This document shows, piece by piece, positions 26,582 through 39,132 of a DNA stretch of 64,000 nt; position 1 is the first letter of the stretch; each line of letters opens with the position of its first letter. Both the position numbers and the translations under genes were made by a program. The stretch spans positions 5,368,914-5,432,913 of the forward strand of contig NC_134034.1 of the NCBI RefSeq assembly GCF_964204645.1, in the 5' to 3' direction. The stretch is from Tubulanus polymorphus (Eukaryota > Animalia > Nemertea). The notes under the pieces are model-generated. The model had not been told where the DNA came from. It did not search any database and saw nothing but the letters and a program-made list of their open reading frames with translations.

Positions 26582-29500
26582 AATATAGCTGGAAAGCAGC
26601 GATAACTGGTTTTCTGCAGTCTTAGAATCCTGTTCAACGGTGGATTTTGACGAAGCATTTGATAAGGCACAACATCAGCCATTACTAAACAGGCTATTAG
26701 GAAACAGTATCAATGATAGGTCGCCCAAATGGCTCAGCGGTTATCTCTGAACGAAAACTTGTAGCTGAAATCAACGGAACGCCTCATCCTGGAAAAGGTC
26801 TGGGGCTCCGCAGTAACTTAAAGCCAGGCGTAGGTTGTTCTTGTGACACGATGTTTCGCAAGTTTCGATGCAAGTCGCTTGTGTGCGACTAGTTTCTGCC
26901 AGTCGCAAGAGCGCGTCGGTTGGTTGTGACAGTCGTGTCGCGTTGCAGAAAGTAGAACACGTACGACTCCATGTGACTGGCGTTGCTGAAAGATGAGGAC
27001 TGAGTTTCAAGTCGTCAAAACGTCACGATATGTCGACATATTCATGTCGAATTGATGCGATATATCGACATAAATATGGCGACTTGTCGAGTCGGAACGC
27101 AACAACTTGAGGCCCTTTATCGCTTCCGTAGATCTTTCATTAAGTAGGATCACTTGAATGATCGCTTTAATATCACTTTAATAAAAAAAATAATCGGCTA
27201 AAATGACCTTAATATTCGACACTATATCTACGGAAGCGATAAGGGGCCTCGAGATGACGCGTTCCAACTCGACAAGTCGCCATATTATTGTCGACATACC
27301 GCGATATATCGCGTCAAGTCGACATGAATATGTCGATATATCGTGACGTTTTGACGACATATTTCGTTTTCTCAACCATTTTCCTCGCAACAAGTCGACA
27401 TATTCATGACGACTTGAAACTCAGTCGTCATATTACTGGCGTCCTCATCTTACATTTAGACATGTCTTCAAATGACGGCTTGTCCCATGGAAAATGAGCA
27501 AATAAGCGAAATTTGTCGTGAAAACGTCACGATATGTAGACATATTCATGTGGACTTGACGCGATATATCGCGATATATCGACATAGATATGGCGACTTG
27601 TCGAGTTTGACAACTCGAGGCCCTTTATCGCTTCCGTACTATATCAGATTAATCGACTTCAAAATAGGCGAAAGCATAAGTCTTTATTACGTTATTAATT
27701 GGCCTAATTATTCAAAAGCTAATAATGTGGGCGACAAAACCAAAAAAATAATTGTCGCGGGCGATAAAACCAAAATAATGAATTGTCGCGGGCGATAAAA
27801 CCAAAATAATGAATTGTCGCAGGCGATAAAACCGCGACAAAAAGAAAAAAAAATTGTCGCGGGCGATAAAACCAAAATAATGAATTGTCGCAGGCGATAA
27901 AACCAAAGCTTGAATTGTCGCTATTGTCGCGTGCGACAAAACCAAAATAATGAATTGTCGCGGGCGATAAAACCAAAATAATGAATTGTCGCGGGCGATA
28001 AAACCAAAATAATGAATTGTCGCAGGCGATAAAACCAAAATATTGAAGTGTCGCAGGCGATAAAACCGCGACAAAAAGAAAAAAAAATTGTCGTGGGCGA
28101 TAAAACCAAAATAATGAATTGTCGCGGGCGATAAAACCAAAATAATGAATTGTCGCGGGCGATAAAACCAAAATATTGAATTGTCGTGGGCGACAAATCC
28201 AAAATATTGTTTTGTCGCGGGTGACAAAACCAAATTAATGAATTGTCGCGGGCCATAAAACCAAAATAATGAATTGTCGCGGGCGATAAAACCAAAAAAA
28301 TGAATTGTCGCTGGCGATAAAACCAAAATATTGTATTGTCGCGGCAGAAAAACCAAAATATTGAATTGTCGTGGGCGATAAAACCAATATCTTGAATTGT
28401 CGCTATTGTCGCGTGCGACAAAATCAAAATAATGAATTGTCGCGGGCGATAAAACCAAAATAATGAATTGTTGCGGGCGATAAAACCAAAATATTGAATT
28501 GTCGTGGGCGACAAAACCAAAATATTGTTTTGTCGCGGGTGACAAAACCAAATTAATGAATTGTCGCGGGCGATAAAACCAAAATAATGAATTGTCGCGG
28601 GCGATAAAACCAAAATAATGAATTGTCGCTGGCGATAAAACCAAAATATTTGTCGCGGCAGAAAAACCAAAATCTTGAATTGTCGCGGGCGACAAAACCA
28701 AACTAATGAATTGTTGCGGGCGATAAAACCAAAATAATGAATTGTCGCAGGCCATAAAACCAAAATAATGAATTGTCGCGGGCGATAAAAACCAAAATAT
28801 TGAATTGTCATGGGCGACAAAACCAAAATATTGATTTGTCGCGGGTGACAAAACCAAATTAATGAATTGTCGCGGGCGATAAAACCAAAATAATGAATTG
28901 TCGCGGGCGACAAAACCAAAATTATTGTTTTGTCGCGGGTGACAAAACCAAATTAATGAATTGTCGCGGGCGATAAAACCAAAATAATGAATTGTCACGG
29001 GCGATAAAACCAAAATATTGTATTGTCGCGGGCGACAAATTCAAAAAATGAATTGTCACGGCAGAAAAACCAAAATCTTGAATTGTCGCGGGTGACAAAA
29101 CCAAACTAATGAATTGTTGCGGGCGATTAAACCAAAATAATGAATTGTCGCGCGCGATAAAACCAAAATAATGAATTGTCGCGGGCGATAAAAACCAAAA
29201 TATTGAATTGTCATGGGCGACAAAACCAAAATATTGATTTGTCGCGGGTGACAAAACCAAATTAATGAATTGTCGCGGGCGATAAAACCAAAGTAATGAA
29301 TTGTTGCGGGCGATAAAACCAAAATAATGAATTGTCGCGGGTGACAAAACCAAAATTATTGTTTTGTCGCGTTATTTTAGTTTTGTCGTTTTGTCATAAT
29401 GTCGCCCTCATTTGCATATACGTGTTTTTTTTACGCATGGCCCTTATCAGCCACCATACTAAAGCCTAAAGGTCGCGTAAAACTCGATAAACACTTCAAG

Positions 29501-30749
29501 CGACACAGCGAACGATCTCCTTTCCCCCACAGCGAACGCTTAACCTAGTAGAGGCTACTAGCCTATGTAGGCCTGTGTATATGCGTAGGCCTAACATCCG
29601 GACAGATTGGTCGTAGGCCTATTGAATTTAACAACCCACCTAACTATCGTAAATTTTGTTTTGAAGTTCAATCCAATGAGTCCGTTAATAAACGCAACAA
29701 TTGTACTGTGTTTGTTTGATACAGTAAAGCTCAGTACCGGTAGGCCTAAAGCCGCGTCAAACTCGATCAACACTTCAAGCGACACAGCGAACGATCCCTT
29801 TCCCCCACAGTGAACGCTTACTCCGAATGTCAAGTGTGAGTCCAGCATATGGATAGGAGTGTGTTATATACTTGTATTTAGTAAATACCTTGTGCATTTG
29901 ACAATGATCGGTATGTACTGTAGGAAATATAGAGTATTGATGGTATTGATATAGAGGTTGAAGCCCGCGGCCGAATAAAGTAATATATTCTTTTATTTTG
30001 ATACCTCGTCGACATAACTGCTTTTCTCCGCTATATCTCTTCGGCGTGTTTAGTTTAGGCCTACGATTCCCCGGTACACTAAAGATTTATCTTAGTAAAT
30101 ACACGGTTAATTCGGTAAAGAAAAATAGGTATTGTTATACTAACTCCTTGAAACCCACAGCCAAATCACTGGTAGTAATAAATTAATTTGTACTCGATTT
30201 GATTCTCATGATGAGGAGAAACTCGCAGCTGATCCCCGGAACGACGATGTAGTAACACACGTCGATTTGTCGATGTTTACGGCTCGACAGTGCTTTTAAA
30301 ATCTAAAGTAGTAAATTTCCAGTGTATCGATAATATGATTTGATGAGGAAAATGGGCTATTGTTAAAATCACTGTTTGAAGACCGCGACTGAATTTGAAG
30401 TCTGCGGCAATAAATTAGTTCATTTATACTTGAATTGATAATCGAAGTGACAGTCGGCCTGCGGGTTGATTTCGGGATGACGACTCGAAAAACATGTCAT
30501 CCCATTGAATGGGGCTAAATTTTCGATGTTTACGGCCCGACAGCGCTTTTGTAACGATGATTAGTGAAAAAACACGCGGGCTATTTGTAAATCTCAGTGA
30601 GCTGAACGATATTATATGGATTGTATATGAAACAGCGGTAAGGTAACAAAGCCTATGTTCTTATGGTAAAAATAGTGTGGAAGAAAATAATAATAATAAT
30701 AATCACGCGGATATCAATAGGGTTTTCTATGAAATAACAGAAAACCCTA
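26582..30749 (+). mobile_element. Composite non-autonomous Helentron/HINE-like element, copy 1 (about 4.2 kb)
   Basis: Starts aatatagctggaaagcagcgataactggttttctgc and ends with (AAT)n plus the hairpin tagggttttct..agaaaacccta (30718-30749). It splits an element that is contiguous at 42741-43880 into halves at 25900-26581 and 30750-31180, which fixes both boundaries. The classification rests on structure only. Confidence 0.65.
27730..29370 (+). repeat. 31-bp minisatellite (aaaaccaaaataatgaattgtcgcgggcgat)n, roughly 50 units
   Basis: Direct tandem array. It generates the repetitive LVLSPATIHYFGFIARDNS ORFs. Confidence 0.95.
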
Positions 30750-31262
30750 AAAATACAAAATACAAGACACACGGGTAATTCATACAGAATAACATGAATA
30801 AGTTATTTAAATGTCTACTTCAACCCAGACTGAAGACTAGGATATCGAGTGACAGCCAAACCGGGGACCGGGCCGGCCGGCTACACGATATGCTCAAACT
30901 CATGATGAAGCAGACATCAGAAGAGCTCTTTCTTCAACCATGGAGGCAATGAAGTTGCAGACCAGCTTAGAGGCAAAAATGAATCGAAGTCGGTCGCAAG
31001 TTGACAATTTTTTTTTTTAAATTAGACCAGTCGATCATCTACCCAATCGTATAATCCCATAATTCCCCAAATTTCTTAAAAATTCGATTTCAAATTTGCA
31101 ATTCTATATTAGCTTATCCCAGAAATTCTATATTTTTTTCGCAGGCGTCAAATAATTTATTAAAATTAATTTTCTTGTTTATAAATCCTTGTAGGTCACC
31201 TTGTCTATCATGCCACATGTATGCAATACAAAGAAATCTCGGCCAATGGCGGAATTTGTGGT

Positions 31263-32785
31263 AATATACTTTCTATTCACTTCAGTCCACAATTAATGGC
31301 TTAAATCCCAAACTAACACAGGTACCTTTTGACATAATCCAATTTTATACATGTTTCGAGCGATTTATCAACATTATTTTGAGAAATTAATGAATTTCTC
31401 AAAATTCCGCCATTAGCCGACATTTCTGTGTATTGCATACATGTGGCATGATAGACAAGGTGACCTACAAGGATTTATATAAAACTTTCAAAACGAAACG
31501 ATAATTTTTATTTTTGATAGTTTTCCAACGTATATTTCAAATCTTCATGTTTTCCACAATAAATGATGAAAAAATAAATTCTGGTTGAAGAAAATGTGAA
31601 TAAGTGTTGATTTCTTAATTTTTTCAATTTCGTTGTTTCGTTAGTTTGTGTTGTGGTCCTGGCCTCAGTCCACAGGTGCCAGGACCCTCCACACGTTTTC
31701 AAAATGGCCGCTGTCGAAACGACGGAAATTTACTCTCACTTTACGGCCAATTTGACATGGATTAAGATCGTCAGGTGAGGTTTTATGGGGATCAAACAAA
31801 CTACGAATCTGTTGTGCGTTGATTACAACAAAAATTAGACGGATATCTGAAGAGACAATGAAATGCCAGGCAAATTACTCGTCAGTCAAATTGGCTGACG
31901 AAGATTGCATACAAAAATGACCTTCCCATTCCTTACTGTGGTTTGTGAAAATATCCGCTCATGATAGGGATGACAAGGGCCAGAACACGGTTGAAAAAAG
32001 TAACACTTCAAAAATATACTTTCTATTCACTTCAGTCCACAATTAATGGCTTAAATCCCAAACTAACACAGGTACCTTTTGACATAATCCAATTTTATAT
32101 ATGTTTCGAGCGATTAATCAACATTATTTTGAGAAATTAATTAATTTCTCCACAAATTCCGCCATTAGCCGCCATTTCTGTGTATTGCATAGATGTGGCA
32201 TGATAGATAAGGTGACCTACAAGGATTTATATAAAACTTTCAAAACGAAACGTTAATTTTTATTTTTGATAGTTTTCCAACTTATATTTCAAATCTTAGT
32301 GTTTTCCATAATAAATAATAAATAAAATAAATTCTGGTTGAAGAAAAATGTAAATAAGTGTTGATTTCTTAATTTTTTTCAATTTTTTCGCTTCGTTAGT
32401 TTGTGTTATTAGTGTCAATAAAGTATTTTGAATTGGTCCTGGCCTCAGTCCACAGGTGCCAGCACCCTCCACAAGTATTCAAAATGGCCGCCGTTGAATT
32501 GATGGAAATTTATTCTCACTTTACGGCCGATTTGCACAAGGTTTAAGATCGTCAGGTGAGGTGCTATAGGTATCAAACAAACTACGAATCTGTTGTGCGT
32601 CGATTACAACAAAAATTAGATGGATATCTCAAAAGACCAGAAAATGCCAGGCAAATTACTCGCGAGTCAAATTGACTCACGAAGATTTCATTGAAAAATG
32701 ACCTTCCCATTCCTGACTGTGGTTTGTGAAAATATCCGATCGTGAAACTAAACCACAGTCAGGTTACTGACTATTGTCATCCCTA
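31263..32785 (+). repeat. Tandem duplication of about 700 bp (31263-31960 and 32012-32745) of a TAGGGATGACAA-ended element; inverted pieces at about 25530-25890 and 23000-23130
   Basis: Direct sequence similarity. An inverted repeat of about 80 bp lies at 31181-31259 and 31400-31479. Confidence 0.75.
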
Positions 32786-32836
32786 ACGTTGGTATAAGCC
32801 CATACGATTATAAAAAGCTTACAACCAACGATTAGG

Positions 32837-33456
32837 CACAGGCACTTGAATATGGGCTTTGATAATGGATAAATATTCAATAATTCACCAGCGATACTTT
32901 GTTCCTACTTCGATAATACGCCATGTTTTATAATATTTTACCCATGATGCAACGCGCGCCCATCGTTTAACTATACTATACAGAAAGGCTGGAAACGATC
33001 CTATCTCCGTAATACTTAAATCTACCCGCAATTATCGGGACAGCCGAACACTGCCAATGATTGCCGAAGTACGTCCTTAGTGTCAATTTTAATCCTGAAA
33101 TAAAAGGAGCGCCCATAATTTCAATTGGAACCATTTGACACTGTTTTAGCTCCATTAAAGATTTTAACTGGCCAAAAAATTGATTTTTTTGAAAATTTGC
33201 GATGCCTCATCGGGATTGCTGTGACGTCATCTGTCCCGATATTTGCTGGTAGATTTAAGCATTACGGAGATAGGAGCGTTTCCAGCCTTTCTGTATAATA
33301 AAGGTAGACGAGGGGAGCGCATTGGATCATGGGTTAAACAGTTGCATCATGGATAATTAAGATGGCAACCCCGTTGGTGTTTTTATAGTAGATTACAATA
33401 AATTGTATCATTTTTTACACACCAACAAAGTCAAAGCCCATATTCAAGTGCCTGTG
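32837..33456. mobile_element. P-element-like MITE with a 7-bp TSD
   Basis: 26-bp TIR cacaggcacttgaatatgggctttga. TSD gattagg at 32830-32836 and 33457-33463. Confidence 0.8.
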
Positions 33457-33674
33457 GATTAGGTAACCAATCTCATTGCTAAGGCGATTTTCAAATTATT
33501 TGACCGAATGCTTCTTCCGGAACATCCACCAAGAAGTCTCAAACTGGACATACTCTGACGTCATTTTTTTCAGACTTTGTCAGCTAGTCAGATTTGGTTA
33601 AAAAGACACTTTGTAGTAGGCTATCACATTTACGCGTTTATCAAAGGGACATCCTCCGGGGCGGCTCCTCCGGC

Positions 33675-34829
33675 CACAGGGGCTCGTCACGATAGCTGGG
33701 GGTCCAAAATCAAAGATTTACCCAGTATCCTAGGTACCACCTATAAAAAAAGAAAAGGGAGCTAACATTTTGACATACAAGAATTGACCTTCTCATTTCA
33801 ACCCCTCATAACTTCGTAACCGATCGACCGATTTACACGAAATTAGATTCGTTTCATTCCCAAGAGGTGACTTTTTCGTTTGAGACCTTCCCCGATGAAA
33901 TCGGACCGGAGACGCCCGAGAAATCACGACTCAAATCCGAAAAAATGAGTCAAAATAGCCAAAGCCGGAATTACTAGGATGTCTCGGAGCAGTCGATTCC
34001 CGACGAGAAACGATGAGTTGACGCGGTTCCCGGGGATTAATCTTCACATATCATACATCGCTGGAAAGCTTATGAACTGACCTTATTGAAAGACGCGTTT
34101 ATTTGATAATCCGTTCCGATACCCGCGACTGGCGAGCTGATAATCCAGATTGATGCGATAAATACGATTTCCAAGTGTATTCCGGCCGCCATTAACTGCG
34201 TGACGTCATGAGAAATCCGAGCATGCAACGCTAGATAATTAACATATTCAGTCGACCAATCACGTATCGCGAATTTATCAGGCCTCAGAGCCCGTGACGT
34301 CACACCCTCAATGGCGGTTCAGTGACGCTTAAAGTGCGTATTTATCGGTTCGGTGCGTATTATCACCTCGCTTGTCGCCGGTTTCGGAACGGATTATCAA
34401 ATAAACGCATTTTTCAATAAGGTCACTTAATAAGCTTTCCAGCGATGTATGATATGTGGCGATTAACGTCCGGGAACCGCGTCAAATCATCGTTTTTCGT
34501 CGGAAATCGAGCACTTCAAGCCGTCCTAGTAATTCCGGCTTTGGATATTTTGACCCGTTTTTTCGGATTTGAGTCGTGATTTCTCGGGCGTCTCCGGTCC
34601 GATTTCATCGGGGAAGGTCTCAAACGAAAAAGTCATCTCTTGGGAATGAAACGAATCTAATTTCGTGTAAATCGGTCGATCGGTTACGAAGTTATGTGGG
34701 GTTGAAATGAGAAGGTCAATTCTTGTATGTCAAAATGTTAGCTCCCTTTTCTTTTTTTATAGGTGGTACCTAGGATACTGGGTCAAATCTTTGATTTTGG
34801 ACCCCCAGCTATCGTGACGAGCCCCTGTG
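33675..34829. mobile_element. P-element-like foldback MITE (arms about 480 bp) with an 8-bp TSD
   Basis: TIR starts cacaggggctcgtcacgatagc and the element is nearly palindromic throughout. TSD cctccggc at 33667-33674 and 34830-34837. Confidence 0.88.
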
Positions 34830-34998
34830 CCTCCGGCGCCCGTCTTAGAGCCATTGGCATCTGGCAAAATAGCGTTTACTAAAAATAATGCCGCATTCCC
34901 ATCGGCAAAGTACCACTTCCTTTTAAATACGCAGAGCAGGACTGAATCATTAAGGCGACTGCAAATGACTTTAAATTACCACTGAATCTTATTCTTAC

Positions 34999-35060
34999 CA
35001 TAATTGTTGTTGTATTTAGTGAAGAAGTGATCGCAAACGTACAGGACACACACCGGCAGC
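34999..35060 (-). CDS. HSPE1: Candidate HSP10 exon 1 (5'UTR plus a lone ATG at 35001-34999)
   Basis: Minus strand reads ..cacttcttcactaaatacaacaacaattATG|gtaaga. Vertebrate HSPE1 exon 1 encodes only the ATG, and exon 2 here is phase 0. The site is in unique sequence next to promoter-like motifs. The 5' limit is approximate. Confidence 0.65.
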
Positions 35061-35099
35061 TCGGCTCGTCAGATTACTAAAGATCAAGGGTTAGTTTAC

Positions 35100-35212
35100 C
35101 TCCACCGTCGGTCAGTCTGGCGATGACGTCACTTGCATTTTACCAAAACAGACAGGCCTCTATTGACTTGAATGTAGCACGAAGTTTCGTTACTCCATGT
35201 GCGACACACGCC
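35100..35212 (-). promoter_or_regulatory. Putative HSP10 proximal promoter: palindromic CRE TGACGTCA (35124-35131) and a two-unit HSE-like cGAAgtTTCg (35180-35189)
   Basis: Both motifs lie 120-190 bp upstream of the candidate ATG exon. Only two nGAAn units are present, so the HSE is weak. Confidence 0.4.
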
Positions 35213-35237
35213 GGTAGACTGGTCGCCTGTCCAATTC

Positions 35238-35673
35238 AATTCAATATATTTATTTGCAAAGAATGTACAATATGTAAACATGGTGCTATTCTGTCTACCA
35301 GCCATCTTCACCCGTCAAGGGATTCGAACCCACTACGCTAAAGCTGTTCCCCGAACCCCATGACCTCACGAGTCGTTGGAGTCGTTACTAGCCGACCAGA
35401 ATCCGGTCGTACCAATCACAGCGCTTGTAACAAACCGACAGTAGACTTCTGTTGGTTTTCCCGTTAAATGGACCAATCAGCGAACGTTTTACCGAACAAG
35501 GAAGTATTTCGCAAATCGAATTATGACGTCATGCGCAACAGCGCCAGTAATGAAATCACGCTTCGTGAGGCCAGGGGGCTGGTGGAAGCGAGTTCGGGAG
35601 TAATACTGGACCCCTGGCAAGCGAGGATGCCTACCAGCCTACCTGCATTCGCGGTCAGAAAAGTCTAACTAAA
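35238..35673 (-). mobile_element. SINE-like insertion with a 25-bp flanking duplication; core shared with about 55016-55331 (+ strand)
   Basis: ggtagactggtcgcctgtccaattc at 35213-35237 and 35674-35698. Minus-strand tail aataaatatattgaattgaatt. B-box-like ggttcgaatccc near the 3' end. Confidence 0.7.
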
Positions 35674-36259
35674 GGTAGACTGGTCGCCTGTCCAATTCTG
35701 CGCCACCTGAGCTCAGAGGCGCTTTTACGAAACTGAATCTTTGTAAATCGATTTATGTTTCACGTTTACGGCACACGGTTTAGTGAATTCGATTTGGTAA
35801 ATCAACGCGTTTGTGGAAACGGTTTAGTAAATTAATAAAGAGGCGTTTTTACGAGCATCCGATTTTTGCGATCGATCGTAGGAACGCATTTACGAGCACC
35901 GATTTTTGCGATCGATTTCACGATCGGCGTTGTGTCAAACAAACACAGTACAATTGTTGCGTTTATTAACGGACTCATTGGATTGAACTTCAAAACAAAA
36001 CTTACGATATTTAGGTGGGTTGTTATCCAATAGGCCTACGACCAATCTGTCCGGATGTTAGGCCTACATAGGCTAGTAGCTTCTACTAGGTTAAGCGTTC
36101 GCTGTGGGAGAAAGGAGATCGTTCGCTGTGTCGCTTGAAGTGTTTATCGAGTACGCGACCTTAAGGCTTTAGTATGGTGGCTGATAAGGGCCATGCGTAA
36201 AAAAAACACGTATATGCAAATGAGGGCGACATTATGACAAAACGACAAAACTAAAATAA

Positions 36260-37145
36260 CGCGACAAATCAATAATTTTGGTTTTGTCGCCCGCGACAAT
36301 TCATTATTTTGGTTTTATCGCCCGCGACAATTCATTATTTTGGTTTTATCGCCCGCGACAATTCATTAATTTGGTTTTGTCACCCGCGACAAAACAATAT
36401 TTTGGTTTTGTCGCCCGCGACAATTCAATATTTTGGTTTTATCGCCCGCGACAATTCATTATTTTGGTTTTATCGCCCGCGACAATTCATTAGTTTGGTT
36501 TTATCACTCGCGACAAAACAATATTTTGGTTTTGTCGCCCACGACAATTCAATAGTTTGGTTTTATCGCCCGCGACAATTCATTATTTTGGTTTTATCGC
36601 CCGCGACAATTCATTATTTTGGTTTTGTCGCACGCGAAAATAGCGACAATTCAAGATTTTGGTTTTATCGCCCGCGACAATTCATTTTTTGGATTCGTCG
36701 CCCACGACAATTCTATATTTTGGTCTTATCGCCCGCGACAATTCATTATTTTGGTTTTATCGCCTGCGACAATTTTTTTTTCTTTTTGTCGCGGTTTTAT
36801 CGCCTGCGACACTTCAATATTTTGGTTTTATCGCCTGCGACAATTCATTATTTTGGTTTTATCGCCCGCGACAATTCATTAGTTTGGTTTTGTCGCCCGC
36901 GACAATTGAATATTTTGGTTTTGTCGCCCGCGACAATTCATTAGTTTGGTTTTGTTGCCCGCGACAATTGAATATTTTGGTTTTGTCGCCCGTGACAATT
37001 CATTACTTTGGTTTTATCGCCCGCGACAATTCATTTTTTTGGTTTTGTCGCCCGCGACAATTCAATATTTTGGTTTTATCGCCAGCGACAATTGATTATT
37101 TTGGTTTTATCGCCCGCGACAATTAATTTTTTTGGTTTTGTCGCC
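36260..37145 (-). repeat. Same 31-bp minisatellite, inverted, roughly 28 units
   Basis: Reverse complement of the 27730-29370 array, with matching flanks. Confidence 0.95.
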
Positions 37146-38438
37146 TATATTATTAGCTTTTGAATAATTAGGCCAATTAATAACGTAATAAAGATTTATG
37201 CTTTCGCCTATTTTGAAGTCGATTAATCTGATATAGTACGGAAGCGATAAAGGGCCTCGAGTTGTCGCGTTCAAACTCGACAAGTCGCCATATTTATGTC
37301 GATATATTGCGATATATCGTGTCAAGTCCACATGAATATGTCTACAAATCGTGACGTTTTCACGACAAATTTCGCTTATTTCCTCATTTTCCACGGGACA
37401 AGCCGTCATTTGAAGACATGTCTAAATGTAAGATGAGGACGCCAGTAATATGACGACTGAGTTTCAAGTCGTCATGAATATGTCGACTTGTCGCGAGGAA
37501 AATGGTTGAGAAAACGAAATATGTCGTCAAAACGTCACGATATATCGACATATTCATGTCGACTTGACGCGATATATCGCGTCAAGTCGACAATAATATG
37601 GCGACTTGTCGAGTTGGAACGCGTCATCTCGAGGCCCCTTATCGCTTCCGGAGATATAGTGTCGAATATTAAGGTCATTTTGGCAGATTCCTTTTTTTTA
37701 AAAGTGATATTAAAGCGATCATTCAAGTGATCCTACTTAATGAAAGATCTACGGAAGCGATAAAGGGCCGCGAGTTGTTGCGTTCCAACTCGACAAGTCG
37801 CCATATTTATGTCGATATATCGCATCAATTCGACATGAATATGTCGACATATCGTGACGTTTTGACGACTTGAAACTCAGTCCTCATCTTTCAGCAACGC
37901 CAGTCACATGGAGTCGTACGTGTTCTACTTTCTGCGACGCGACACGACTGTCACAACCAACCGACGCGCTCTTGCGACTGGCAGAAACTAGTCGCACACA
38001 ATCGTATTGCAAGCGACTTGCATCGAAACTTGCGATGCAACGCGAGGATCGCATCGTGTCACAAGAACAACCTACGTCTGGCTTTAAGTTACTGCAGAGC
38101 ACCAGAAATATCTTTTTTTTTCGTTCAAAAGTCCTTTCGCTTGAAAATTCGTTCGTCGGAACAAAATTTATTTCGTTCGAACCAATAATATTCTATACAA
38201 TTGAACCAATTTGAAAAAATCGTTAGAACAAAGTTGAACAAACTTTTTTTTGTCCAAACGAAAGGTTTTTCGTTCGAACAATCATTCAATTGAGCAGAAT
38301 GGTTTTAATTTGAACAGAATTTTCTTGTCAGAACATTAAGTTTTTCGTTCGAACAAGTATATTGAAAAAAGTTTTTTCTCCGAACCGAAAGTATTAAGTA
38401 TTTCAGAACGATAACCACACTCAAACGTGGTGAACGGA

Positions 38439-39132
38439 TAATAAGATAAAATCCCACTATTTACAGATTAAAAGAATTTAAAAACAAGAATTTATTTATT
38501 AAATCTAAAATATTTAAAAGACACGACGTCTTTTTAAATCACGACCAGTTTCTCCAAAGTAAATTTTATCAAACCTTTTTTTTAAACCTTTGGACTGCGG
38601 AGTTTACAAAATTCCTTGTTTTGGCTGTGATAGAATTTACTTTGGAGAAACTGGTCGTGATTTAAAAACTCGAATTTCGGAACACAAACAGGATATAATA
38701 AATCAAAAACCGGCTAGTGGCGTAGCCAATCACGTTTGGAACACTGGTCATCGTTTTAATTTTGATAAAGCCGAAATTATTTATACTTCGAGCAATTACA
38801 CTAAACGCCACATAGTTGAGTCTGCCCTAATTACTCGTCACTCAGATATTAGTACCAATTTAAATAATGGCTTTTCTCCGCATAATTCCCTTCTTTCTAA
38901 GTATATTACGTCATGCCTTACCAAACACTAATTATTTACTCACTCACCAATTTACTCAATTAACCTGTCCTCCTCTGTATATATACCCCTGTTTTAAGTC
39001 TATTTCTCACACCTGACGATGATCTCTAGGGTGAGATCGAAACGTCGTGTCTTTTAAATATTTTAGATTTAATAAATAAATTCTTGTTTTTAAATTCTTT
39101 TAATCTGTAAATAGTGGGATTTTATCTTATTA
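38439..39132 (+). mobile_element. 5'-truncated Penelope-like retroelement: GIY-YIG endonuclease (38590-38931), pLTR and inverted 5' segment
   Basis: CGVYKIPCFGCDRIYFGETGRDLKTRISEHK..VANHVWNTGHRFNF..ESALI..NLNNG. 38439-38529 is the reverse complement of 39042-39132, and about 38533-38570 is the reverse complement of about 38629-38666. Confidence 0.9.
39009..39050 (+). ncRNA. Minimal type I hammerhead ribozyme in the Penelope pLTR
   Basis: acac-CTGACGA-t-gatctc-tagggt-gagatc-GAAA-cg-TC-gtgt. Stem I is acac/gtgt, the core is intact, stem II is 6 bp, and the GUC cleavage site ends at 39046. Confidence 0.88.

Noticed and set aside
27712-29353. Long ORFs (433 and 332 aa, and those at 36278-37126) of repeating LVLSPATIHYFGFIARDNS
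   Set aside because: Artefact of a stop-poor 31-bp minisatellite, open in several frames at once.
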